Origin: Phoronis australis
Lineage: Eukaryota; Animalia; Phoronida
Length of the DNA stretch: 64,000 nt
Assembly (NCBI GenBank): GCA_002633005.1
Contig: NMRA01000011.1
Coordinates: 1,028,855 to 1,092,854 of the forward strand
Reading direction: 5' to 3'
Numbering within the stretch: the first letter of the stretch is position 1; every line of letters begins with the position of its first letter. This document shows positions 12,897-24,251 of this stretch, piece after piece. The position numbers and the translations under genes are program-made. The notes below the pieces were generated by a model. The model searched no databases and was not told where the DNA came from. It worked only from the letters and a program-made list of their open reading frames with translations.

Positions 12897-14093
12897 TTAG
12901 GGGTCTAAAGTTTTTGTCACTTTCTTAAGTACGTCCTCGTTTTGTTTGCGTGTTCTTGCATGGACTTCGTCATGGAATGTTGATGCAATTAACTGACCTT
13001 CGCATAGTTTGTGCCACAGGTCATTTTTGAATTTACCACTGGTCACTAACTCAACCTCATCCACATCAGCCATAGTGATAAGACTGAAGGGAGACTTTAT
13101 CTCCAAAAGACCACACCGGTGACAGTTAAAGAAACCACCCAGTCAACTGAGTGCCTAATGTAGGGCTTGTCCTTGCATATGGTAAGCCCCTTTTCTAAGA
13201 TCTCCATGCGGCTGCATTTCATTCGATTTGCCCTGAAGTAGAGTTCTCTCGCAACTTTCTTTTTGTTCCTCCAGTTCAAACAAAACTTGGTGAATTTATC
13301 GGGGGGGAGGGGCGTTCTTAAGTTTGTCACTTTCTTTAGTATGTCCTTCATCTGTTTGTGTGTTCTTACACGGACTTCATCATGGAATGTTGATGCAGTT
13401 AACTGACCTTTGAGCAGTTTGTGCCTCAGGTCATTGCTGTATTGACCACTGGTCACTAACTTGACCTCTTCCACATCAGCACTAGTGATCAGTGATGTTC
13501 TTTTATCTTCGATTTTGACCACAAGATGAACCACAGCATCTGGGTTAAACTTTTCCATTTCCATAAGGGACCTAGTCCTGGTGAAAATTCCGGCAAGGCG
13601 TAGGCTACATCAAAAGTTGGATCAGGGCAGTGAACAGTGAGCAATTATAAAATGAGGAACGATATCCCGCATCTTCATCCATCTCTGTTTATTTGCCCTG
13701 AATTAGAGGTCTCTTGCAACACTTTCTTGTTTGTTCCCCCAATCCAAACAAAGCCTTGTGAACTTAAGGGAAGTCTTCAGTTTTTGTCGCTTTCTTAACT
13801 ACCTCTTCATTCTGTTTCAGTTTGTGTGTTCTTTCACGAACTACATCATGGAATGTTGATGCAATTACATGACGTTTGTACAGTTTGTGCCTCGGGTCAT
13901 TGCTGGATTGACCGCTGGTCACTAACTCTACTTCTTTCACATCATCACTAGTGATCGGTAATGTTATTTTATCTTCATGTATCATGGTTTTGACCACAAG
14001 ATGAGCCACAGAATCTAGGTTAAACTTTCCAGAACTACTTGGGACCTGCCCTTTGACCCTGATTTTCATATGGAGGATACATGTGTTTGGCAT
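12897..14093 (-). pseudogene. YqaJ/lambda-exonuclease-like domain in three tandem partial copies
   Basis: VELVTSGQ.SND..HKL..GQL.ASTFHD occurs three times (YqaJ pattern E..TRGQ..N..W...R..RLTAS.F). It is followed by KGLTICKDKPYIRHSVDWVV (GL.I....P.L.ASPDG.V) and EIKSPF (EIKCPF). Confidence 0.8.
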
Positions 14094-15260
14094 TCAACTT
14101 CTGTTTCTTCATTTTCGGCTTACTTTTGTCAGCATGCGGAACATCTGCTGTTTCCAAATTTGATGAACTACACTCGGACAGTTTTTTTTACACAAGTTTG
14201 TTTCTCTGAGTTTTTCTCAGGAACCTTCAATATTTTCTTGTTTAGGGTTTGCATTCCTCCAGAACTTACAGGCATCGTACTCCTTTGTGGAGGTGATCCA
14301 TTACCAACACATTCTCCATAGATCTTTTTTGTGCAAGACTTCACCATTAAGGTGTTGTAGCTTGGAATCTGAGAAGACTTACAGGTGTTGTCGGACGATG
14401 AGAATCTGAATCAATTTGGACAAGTGGGGTAAATCTATTTGCGGTTTTAGTCACATTTGCTGCAGACCTGACAACTTTCTGTTTTGCGCTTTCCAAGTAT
14501 TTAACCTGGTCTAATGTTTTGTTTTTAACATTCCCTACTCTGTAATCTGGGGAGGAGATTAAACCAGAGATTACGTTGGAAAAAAAGACTGAACCATATG
14601 CCTCGTAAATGTTTAGTGACTTACAATGTCAGAGTAAGTACTTAATGAAATCCCTCTCTGTTGCTTCTCTGCTCTAGAAAAGAGCATCAACGAAACTCCT
14701 TTGTCCACTTGGGACAATCTCTTCACATCGGAATTAGATGTGGACACATTTCCTTCTACAGCAGAGGCAAATGTGGGGTACAGGTACGGATGACCTTTAC
14801 AGTCCTCTATGCATAACATGAATCTCCCATTCGACAAATGGCAAAGAATGCCCAGGAACCATTTGCACTGCACCACTCAACACATACTGGTGGCCATTAC
14901 TAATTACATGCTTTGTCACCTTTGGGTTGAAGACGTTCACATTCTGTTGGTTGAAATCCAACCCAAGTTCACGTATCAAAAAGTCAGCCATGTCAAAAGG
15001 CACAGTGACTCACAGTCAGAGTGGTTGAACAGTTGGAGCATTTCTGCAACACACTCTTTTCTTTAAATCTATTCATTATCTTCTCCAGAACCCTAACAAT
15101 GCTGCCATCAACTTTCTCTCCTAATGGCTGCTTAAAATAGTGATAGCTTGGCAGACTAAAAGATCTAGCAGGAGAACTTCCACAATAGGAACAAGAGAAG
15201 TTGACATTCAGATTTGTCTTAAGGATACTTGATGAGTGACCTAGTACTGGTGGAAATGCA
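14043..15260 (-). pseudogene. Duplicate copy of the USP-like domain plus K-rich linker, running directly into the YqaJ domain
   Basis: Clear diverged direct duplicate of 15398-16637 (shared GHQYVLSGAVQMVPGH and YPTFASAVEGNVSTSNS). Its 3' end continues into the ORF at 13764-14093. Confidence 0.7.
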
Positions 15261-15397
15261 AGCCAACACCTGATTTGTTAATTGAAGCGGAAGTTTTAAT
15301 TACCTCATTCCCTGCCAACACAATAGAGAACCAGGTGGTTGGGATGCCTCAATTAAGAAGGAATCGGAAAATTCTCCAACTGAATAGAACTACTTGT

Positions 15398-16735
15398 GAC
15401 CTGCCCTTTGACCTGAATTTTTATATGGAGGATATATGTCTTTGGCAGTTTCTTCTTTTTCAGATGGCCTTCAACTTTGGTTTCTTCATTTTCGGCTTAC
15501 TTTTGGCTGCATGCAGAACATCTGCTGTTTCCAAATTTGATGGACTACACTTGAAGAGATTTTTTACACAAGTTTGTTTCTTTGAGTTTTTCTCAGGAAC
15601 CTTCAATATTTTCTTGTTTAGGGTTTGCATTCCTCCAGAACTTACAGGCATCGTACTCCTTTGTGAAGGTCATCCATTACCAACACATTCTCCATAGGTC
15701 TTTTTTGTGCAAGACTTCACCGTTAAGGTGTTGTATCGTGGAATCTGAGACGACTTACAGGTGTTGTTACAATGACAATGAGAATCTGAATCAATTTGGA
15801 CAAGTGGGGTAAATCTATTTGCGGTTTTAGTCACATATGCACCAGAGCCGACAACTTTTTGTTTTGCGCTTTCCAAGTATTTCCCTGGTCTAATGTTCTG
15901 TTTTTAACATTCCCCATTCTGTAATCTGGGGAGGAGATTAAACCAGAGGTCCCTTTGGATTTTTCTTCTTTGGCTGGAAAAGACTGAACCATATGCCTGG
16001 TAAATGTTTTGTGACTTACAATGTTATAGTAAGTACTTAATGAAATACCTCTCTGTTGCTTCTCTGCTCTAGAAAAGAGCAGCCACGAAACTCCTTTGTC
16101 TACTTGGGACAATCTCTTCTCTTTGGAATTGGATGTGGACACATTTCCTTCTACAGCAGAGGCAAATGTGGGGTACAGGTATGCATGACCTTTACAGTCA
16201 TCTATGACTGCATAACATGAATTTCCCATTCGACAAATGGCAAAGAATGCCCAGGAACCATTTGCACTGCACCACTCAACACATACTGATGGCCATTAAT
16301 AATTACATGCTCTGTGACCTTTGGGTTGAGGACATTCACATTGTGTTGGTTGAAATCCAATCCAACCTCACATATCAAAAAGTCAGTCATGTCAAAAGGC
16401 GTGGTTGAACAATTGGGGCATTTCTGCAACACATTCTTTTCTTTAAATCTATTCATTATTTTCTCCAGAACCCCAACAACACTGCCATCAACTTCCTCCT
16501 CTAATGACAGCTCAAAATAGTGATATCTTGACCGACTAAAAGATCTAGCAGTAGAGCTTCCACAATAGGAACAAGAGAAGTTGAAATTCAGATTTGTCTT
16601 AAACATACTTGAGGAGTGCACCAAATGCTGAAATGCACTCAAAAGTTCCGCGTCATCCCTACCTTTAGGGGAGAAGACGGCAGGACACAGACTAATGACA
16701 CAGTCCCAGATATCTTCTCTGGTCTTGCTGTTCAA
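15398..16735 (-). pseudogene. USP (C19-fold) cysteine-protease-like domain plus K-rich linker; frameshifted, and the N-terminal Cys box is missing
   Basis: Finger Zn ribbon CSYCG...CPNC, then YVLSGAVQMVPGH(F)...MGNSCYAVIDDC, matching the USP His/Asp box Y.L..V....GHY......W...DD. Truncated upstream by a hAT fragment. Confidence 0.6.
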
Positions 16736-16859
16736 TCCATTACTTCTGAAGTGACAACAATGTCTTAAGGCATTTAAAAAGTCGTGTCAGTGACACTATA
16801 TATTGCATAATAGAATATTTTAAAAAATACATCCACAGCGTAGTAATGACTATGCTCTT

Positions 16860-17485
16860 GGCACAAAATAACATTCTTTAAGAAAGAAAGATAAAAAACT
16901 CAACAGAGGATTTATGTACACTGAGCATTGTCTCATAGTTCACAAAAGATGCATGCTTTAATACCTGATGATTCAGAGGGAAGTTCTTCTTCATATCTGT
17001 GACACAGGAAGTGTAAAAGTTACGTACCGCTCTGTAATATCTGGTGACATGATTTGGATCTACTTTATCATCCAACAGCCTGTTCAGAAGTTGCTTGGAC
17101 TTAAACCCTATGAACAGGTTACTGTCTGAGACTTGTTTCTCAGTATCCAAGAACTCGAGCTGTAACAACTCTTCATTGGTTCCTACCAACAGTCCAGGTT
17201 GTATGAATTTACCATGGAGTTTCCGAATGAGTGAAAACAAAGAATCCTGAACCGCATAGATCATTTGTGCATCCCTCTGAAGCAAAAGGTTTACGTGAGT
17301 AAATATATGTGAAACAGCTTGGTAAAACATCAGATATACTTCAGTCATAGGGTTCTCAAAATGTTTTTCTAATCTCTGAATCCTAGGGCATCATTCGTCC
17401 TCTGAAAGGAAATAGCCTTCCAGCCCTTCATACTGACACAGTATACGCTCAACAACAATTTCTAGGTTCAACCAACGAACATGGG
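16860..17485 (-). mobile_element. hAT-superfamily transposase internal fragment
   Basis: VRWLNLEIVVERILCQYEGL (TRW motif) ...FENPMTEVYLMFY...NLLLQRD...LFIGF...VRNFY...KNFPLNHQVLKHA. Confidence 0.75.
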
Positions 17486-17573
17486 GTGGGTTTTGGAACA
17501 ATCCCAAATATTGACCAAACCTGTTGTCTTTAAAACTCAGCGGTTTTCAGGTTATCGTTTCATTAAGCTGAAA

Positions 17574-20330
17574 CTAGTACTTAAGCATGTGACACATCAA
17601 AACCTTCCTGTAGTCAAATTCTTGAATTTGACCAAAGTACTTGGCTGTGATTAACTTAACAGTAAGGAAATATCTACTACTAAGTTTTACCTTTACTGAA
17701 GTGACAAAGATGGTGTGGGCCTCGATTTCCTTAACGTACCACTTCTTTCCCAACAAACCATCCAGTTTTCGAATAGTTCCAATTTGTTGATCAAAGAGAG
17801 CAGTCATTCGAGAGGTGAGAACAAGACTGAAAACTCTTATATCTGTTTCAATGTCTGCAATTCCTAGTTGAAGCGGCAATCTATGTGAAGGTCTAGTCGG
17901 GGCTTCTTGCACCTCATGAGGGATGACTTAAGAGCGTTGTTGCTCCCTAAAACGTATTCTGTAGCCTTTGTTTGCTAAATTTGTGGCTGTAGCAAGGTAA
18001 CTACACCTGAAAACAAAAGTGCAACTTCAAAGCTACTGATTTGTCTCAGTTATCATTTAATCATGACTACAGTATGATATCAGACAATTGTTGAATAACG
18101 TATATATGTTGCTGTTCATACCTGGCCAATAAATGACTTTTATCGATCCTTCAAATCACATATAAGGTTTTTACTTCTGTACATGGCAGGAACTACTATA
18201 GTGTCCATACTCTCCACAAAACATACACCTCAAAAATTGCGAGCGACACGCTTCTTGGTTGTGTCCAGCGGTGTTACATAATCTACACTTGTGATTTCTT
18301 ATACATGTAACATTCACTATGAAACTCTTCAAAACGTCTCGTACATTTATGTCGCTACCCAATCAATCTTATCCTCTACTTCTGTAACCCCCAGATCAAA
18401 TGGTCCACCCAATCGTCGGAGGCTATTTGCTAGAATTTCCTTACAGAAAGCACATTTCAAATGAATACCTTTGTGTGTTTTTTGCTGCAATACTTTCTCA
18501 AGCTCTGTTTCCTTTTGCATCATTAACGTCGTATCAAAGGCATGAAAACCTTTTAGCAGGAATCTCTTTCATGCAAATCTTATTAAATCGTTTAGTAAAA
18601 TCTGGATTCGTATCATTTCTGAAGCCTGGCAAAATAATTGCAACTTTACGCTTTGAAGATCTGCTGTACTTCCTTGCCAATTCAATCAAATTTCCACAGA
18701 TCACCGTAAAAACTTCATCTTGCATTTCAGAATCATCTTTTTCCAATCTTGGGGCAACATTTGCCAAGTCATTTCCACCAAAGTGAAGAATGACATTTTT
18801 TTACTCTATTGTTCACATTAAGTCTATACATCTCACATTCTTCAGTAGCACTTCCACCATGTATAATTCTCTTGATTTTATTATTCTTGTCTGCCCACTG
18901 AGACATCTCTTTGTCATATATCAATGCTTTAAAATTGCTGTCCCCAACCAAGGCAACAGTTCCCATAGATTCAAATGTCTTTCCATTCATCAGAATTCTT
19001 CCGCGTTTTTTCCTCATAGGTTCATTCACATACTCATGACTTATGCTTCTCTTGGTTATCCCTCTACTTCTTTTCATACACAAACTCTTTACAATACTCT
19101 TTGCTTCCTCTTTTACAACGGCTTTATTCCACGAAGACTTTTCACTTGATTTTACCTCATCTGCGTAACTCGTAGATGGTTTTTCTTGTACTTCATGCCG
19201 TCTTTGCTTTCTCGGCTCTTCACGTAATTCATTATTTTTTTCTGAAGAATAGTAATTTTCTTAGACATCTCTACAGATTAAATGCTCAATCTTCATAGTA
19301 TTTTTTTCCATCTTTTCTTCAAATCTTTTAATTGCTGATAAAATTTCATTTACATTTTCAGTAGCAGTATTCATTTCTACATCACACTGTTGCTCCATTC
19401 GACAACAGTAAATTGATACCAATAACAAAATCGAGTGCTGAAGACTAATGTAGCACACATCAAAACCTTCTTGTAGTCAAATTCTTGAATTTGACCAAAA
19501 TACTTGGCTGTGATTAACTTAACAGTAAGGAAATATCTACTACTAAGTTTTACCTTTACTGAAGTGACAAAGTTGGTGTGGTGCTCGATTTCCACTTCTT
19601 TCCCAACAAACCATCCAGTTTTGATTAGTTCCAATTTGTTGATCAAAGAGAGCAGCCATTCGAGAGGTGAGAACAAGACTGAAAACACTTATATCCGTTT
19701 CAATGTCTGCAATTCCTAGTTGAAGCGGCAATCAATGTGAAGGTCTAGTTAGGGCTTCTTGCACCTCATGGGTGATGACATAAGAGAGCTGTTGCTCCCT
19801 AAAACGTATTCTGTAGCCTTTGTTTGCTAAATTTGTTGCTGTAGCAAGGTAACTACACCTGAAAACAAAAGTGCTATTTGAAAGCTACTAATTTGTCTCA
19901 GTGATCATCTAATCATGACTATAATATGATGTCAGACAGTTGTTGACTAACATATCTATGTTGCTGTTCATACCTGGCCAATAAATGACTTTTATCGATC
20001 CTTCAAATCACATATAAGTTTTTACTTCCGTACATGGCAGGAACTACTATAGTGTCCATACTCTCCAAAAAACATACACCTCAAAAATTGCGAACGACAC
20101 GCTTCTTCTTTGTGTCCAGCAGTGCTACATAATCTACACTTGTGATTCTTATACCTGAAAACAAAAGTGCTATTTGAAAGCTACTAAATTGTCTCAGTGA
20201 TCATTTAATCGTGACTATAATATGATGTCAGACAGTTGTTGACTAACGTATCTATGTTGCTGTTCATACCAGGCCAATACATGACTTCACAAGCTCCCTG
20301 CTTTCTTTTATCGATCCCAAGATGTGTCTT
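17574..20330 (-). repeat. Segmental tandem duplication: 17574-18305 is similar to 19445-20155, and a ~150-bp subunit occurs a third time (20155-20290). Carries a double CCHC zinc knuckle and an unknown exon.
   Basis: Long near-identical stretches such as ctacacctgaaaacaaaagtgc and catacctggccaataaatgactttt. Translations include CRLCNTAGHNQEAC...CMFCGEYGHYSSSC and LPLQLGIADIETDI...SVKVKLSSRYFLTVKLITAKYFGQIQEFDY. Confidence 0.85.
18171..19400 (-). pseudogene. LINE ORF1/Gag-like protein remnant: coiled coil, SGNH esterase-like domain, two CCHC knuckles
   Basis: Coiled coil NEILSAIKRFEEKMEKN; SGNH block I VALVGDSNF; block II GGS; block III HFGGNDLAN (across a frameshift near 18780); then two C-x2-C-x4-H-x4-C knuckles. 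Confidence 0.6.
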
Positions 20331-20335
20331 ATTAC
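20200..20335 (-). mobile_element. Gypsy integrase H2C2 zinc-finger fragment, partly repeated at ~18070-18150 and ~19920-20000
   Basis: The minus strand reads THLGIDKKK...CEVMYWPGMNSNIDTLVNNC (pattern HLG..K.K.RAR..MYWPGM..DI...V..C). Confidence 0.55.
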
Positions 20336-20339
20336 GTAT

Positions 20340-21461
20340 CTAATTTCAGCATGTCCTTGTGCAGATTGGGAAGTATCACTACTCAAATTCCTTTATTGAT
20401 AATACCCTCTTGCACTGGAAGCTGATCTCTGGAATCCCAGAAAGGTCTGGTTTCTAACGATGACTGTGATGTTGTGTTGAACCTTCCATTTAATATGACT
20501 TACAGGACTGATAGCTCGTGCTTCATTGCACTCTTCAGCTCACTTTATTTCTATGGAAACTCTGACACCATATGGTTCATGTCTTCATTGCTGCTGTCGT
20601 CTACGCCTTGAATATAACCACTTGATAAGGAATCTGAAACAGGCTTCTTGGACCCGTCACGGTATCTGACATCAGGGCACAGTGATAGCTAAGGACACTT
20701 CCACGTATGGCAAGTGTTCCAATATTTGGGCTGATGAATGAATCACTGCAATTCAGCACCCTTTAATACCATAGCTGTAGTCCCCACGGTATTCTGGGCT
20801 CATTTTCCCCGCACTCTTTTAGTTCTTGTTTCATAGTGGGTTTATTCCACCCCTCTTGTAGACTGGCCATAGAGAGCATTTGTGAACACCAAGTCCATCA
20901 CTGGTTCCTCGTACAGTCTCTCTTTCCTTGATGGAGCATTCCATTTTTGGGCATAGTCGCTACACTCGGTACCTCTGTTTTTAAAGACTCCCTCTTGGAC
21001 AGCAGCATGATTGATTAGGTACAACTCAGCAAGCACATGATTACACAAATCGGAATAAACTGCATTGCAGGTACAATGTGCTTTTGCATCATTACCAGTC
21101 TTGTCAATATTGACATGAATAGTCCACAGAAGGTCATTTTTCTCCATGACTTAAAGCAGTAATAAATACTGCACTTGAACCTTGTCACCAGCTAACTTTC
21201 TCATCGACCCTTCGTGAACATAGCCCTCCATGAAAAATTTTTAATCCTGGCTTCTAGACGTTCTACTAAAACACACCAGTTTTTGAAAGGTGGGCTCTTA
21301 TAGGCGCAATGGTGAAACAACACGGGATCTCTGATGTTGAGTTGGAGAACTTCCCAGCTTCCTGGAAGGGTCTGAAAGTGACTTGATCTGTAACTGGTGC
21401 TTACGTGTATCACAGCCAGCCATTTTATGCCTTGCATAGGATAAGCTGGGATCAGGGTCAA
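20340..21461 (-). pseudogene. SAP-SWIM-YqaJ exonuclease gene remnant (accessory gene of ISL2EU/KolobokP-type DNA transposons)
   Basis: SAP-like IKWL...STS..R..L.IRDP (21201-21461). SWIM finger AHCTCNA...LCNHVLAEL and CSDYAQKWNAPSR...EPVMDLVF (20842-21147). A decayed YqaJ start lies downstream. Confidence 0.7.
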
Positions 21462-22957
21462 CTAATGCTGGAAGCTAGGACATCCTACTTGGATTGGTTC
21501 ACTCTGAACAAAATTATCTCATTTTTTATTGCAAGCAGATCATCATGACTGCATGATCCGACTCTGCGAATTGTGCTGTAAAAAGATACTGCAAACTGCT
21601 TATCTAAGCAAATAGAAAATATCAATTCATTCGGAAATATCTATTCTACAACAACTGATTTCAGAATGCAACAGCGGGCTACACATAATACAGGTAACAA
21701 ACTAAAACACATGAAGGTATGGTTAAAAACCCACCGCAGGTAAATGAGGCTAAAAATAGCTCTGTGTAATCCCCATTGCTCAATATTCAATGCCATGATT
21801 TGAAACTGAAACTAGGTAAACATTGTTTATAAGATTATTACCTCTCGATAAAATGGGCCTTTGAGTTAGCAGAATGGAAGGCAATTTTTTAGTGCCCTCT
21901 GGGTTTTTGAATATGCTGTATGTACATGTAGTACAAGTCTGAGTAAACAATCTGCCTGATGCTGATGAATACAATTTTTTTTCATTGCTCTGTGCTGTGC
22001 CTGTCAGTTGACCAGGTTGGTCACTTTTTGAATCCCAATATTTTGCCCAGGCATTTTTGTCTTTAAACCAGTTGTGAAACCGTAATCAGTGTTATGTGAA
22101 CATAAGTCATCTCTATACCTTTGATGTCTAAAAGCAGTGTTGTCTGGACAAAGTTGACTGTAATGACATATATTTTATGTTGGCTTCAGGTCATGTACGA
22201 CCCTAGAAAATTGACCAATGTCGTATCTGCTAAATGGCAGATTAGAATTTTATGTTTTTTTTAAAAGCATTAAAAGCATTAAAAGTTGAATTAAGCAAAA
22301 TGGAATAATTTAGAAAATTGTTGAAGCATTTTTGGCATTTCATCTTGAACATTTACATGGAATGAAAGTTGTTCATGTTATTAGTAAAGTTGTTCATGTT
22401 TTTAGTTCTGCTATGAATGTACTTTAAAGTTTCTTTTTTACTTAAGTTACTAAAACACTTGCTCACGTGACCTGATAAACAGCAGTTTGGTATAAAGTTC
22501 AAAGTCATATTCTACAAATTGTGCTTTCAGAAATACCTACTTTTACTGTGTTAAATTCTATAGTTATGTAGATATTTTGCTTAATACATGGAATTGTCAA
22601 TAAGTTCCTAGATAATCTTAACTCGAAGGTTTGCTGATGGCATTAACGAACATCTCTGATACCAGCAGTGGGAAAAGGCCATGTTCTCAGCATAGTCACC
22701 TAATCAGTGTCACTAATACTTACCACAAGGAAAAACTTTACATTACAGTAGATGATTATAAAGTAACTCACTGACCAGGAGTTATTGAACTAAAACTTCA
22801 GTTCAGTGTTCTTACAACTGTGGTGATCGCTTTAATGTTAACTGTTTAGTAAGCCGTTGCTCTTGGTGTTGTTCTGACTTTTTGCTGTGACTTCTGTGTC
22901 GCATTTTTTCTTTTGCCTTATGTAAGAGTGAAACGTTGCGTCTGTGTTATGTTGTTG

Positions 22958-23072
22958 AAGTATGAAGGTTTCAGTAGTTGTGCTGGTTGTAAGATTTCTG
23001 GTAATACTGTGGTCAAGTATGAAGGTTTCAGTAGTTGTGCTGGTTGTAAAATTTCTAGTAATACTGTGGTCA
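22958..23072. repeat. 57-bp tandem duplication (2 copies)
   Basis: aagtatgaaggtttcagtagttgtgctggttgtaa(g/a)atttct(g/a)gtaatactgtggtc is repeated directly. Confidence 0.9.
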
Positions 23073-23562
23073 AGAATTAATGTATTGTATTAAGATTAAT
23101 AAACATTGTTGTTCTGGTGGGAATAAACATTTTCTATTGTACAGCGAGTTGTAATGCAGGTATAAACAATTTTGAAAAGCTGAACGAGGTACGATAAAAC
23201 ATTCATTTGTGAAAGTGAAAAATGTGTTAGCATCCCTGCATTTTTGAAAACTAGCCAGGTCTATCATGCAAGTTGTTTTCCTGGCGCCATACTTGAAGAG
23301 GGGTGATTTCAGAATGTGGGGACTGAAGCAGTTATGAACCGCACTTTTGTCAGAAAAAATTGATTTAGACCATTCAGTGTTATGAAATTTGTCTCAACAT
23401 GTTTTTTGTCAAATTTGATCCGAGGCTTCACAATTTGTCATGTCATGACATGTCATTTTGTGTGCCGAGCATTGTCTTGAGGAATAACAAACTGTCTTTG
23501 TTGGTAAACTCAGAAATCATTGCTAATCAGTAAGAAACAAGTTCGAGACCAATTTTATAGCA

Positions 23563-23751
23563 CTGGGCGCATAATCATCAATCTTTAAAAGTCGGGGATG
23601 GGCGCTTAACAGAGAGGTGGGTGCTTAAGTGGAAATCTTCAAGAAAGCAGAGGGGCGCTTAACCGAGCAGTGGGCGCTTGAATCGTAAATCCACGTAAAG
23701 TTGGGATAGGTGGTTAGGTGAACACGGGCGTTAACCTGAAGGTTCACGGTA
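23563..23751. mobile_element. Truncated Tc1/mariner (Tigger/pogo-type) MITE related to 24095-24251
   Basis: Ends GGGCGTTAACCTGAAGGTTCACGG+TA and carries repeated GGGCGCTTAA subterminal motifs. The left TIR is missing. Confidence 0.65.
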
Positions 23752-24094
23752 AATGTACAATGCCAACCAACAACTGTTTCGGTTTTGATTGGACACCCAT
23801 GTGAATGAAGCTCAGCGTGTGAATAGTGTCCCATAGTCCATGAATGGGCTGAAAGGCTTGGTATTTGATATACTACCAGCTTGCAACAGTCATTGCTTGT
23901 CTAGGACTTGTGCTTCTCTGTACACAAAGTTATAGTGAAATATGATCAGAAACATGTAGAGAATGTGTTGCTGTAGTTTGTTTGTCAAGGACTAGTACTT
24001 TATTTACTTTGCACATTGGTAAAGATGGTAGACGTGTCCTAGCCCATTGCAGCCTATGCTGTGCAGCCATGCAGCTTTCTGCAAGCTGAAAATA

Positions 24095-24251
24095 CCGTAA
24101 ACATTCGGGTTAATGCCCTGGGCGGTTAAATTGGCAAACCCAAAAAATCGGGGGTGGGCGGTTAACCAGACATGGGCGCTTAAACGTGAAACTTCAAAAA
24201 ATCCAGCGTGGGCGGTTAACCGAGCATGGGCGTTAACCCGAACGTTTACGG
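24095..24251. mobile_element. Tc1/mariner (Tigger/pogo-type) MITE, 157 bp, with TA target-site duplication
   Basis: TA|CCGTAAACATTCGGGTTAATGCCC ... GGGCGTTAACCCGAACGTTTACGG|TA gives 24-bp TIRs with 2 mismatches. Internal GGGCG(G/C)TTAA repeats. Confidence 0.9.

Noticed and set aside
11337-16735. Bacterial or phage contamination as the source of DUF3987/YqaJ
   Set aside because: GT-AG introns, pseudogenising mutations, and continuity with animal transposons and genes without a nearby gap argue for an endogenous origin.
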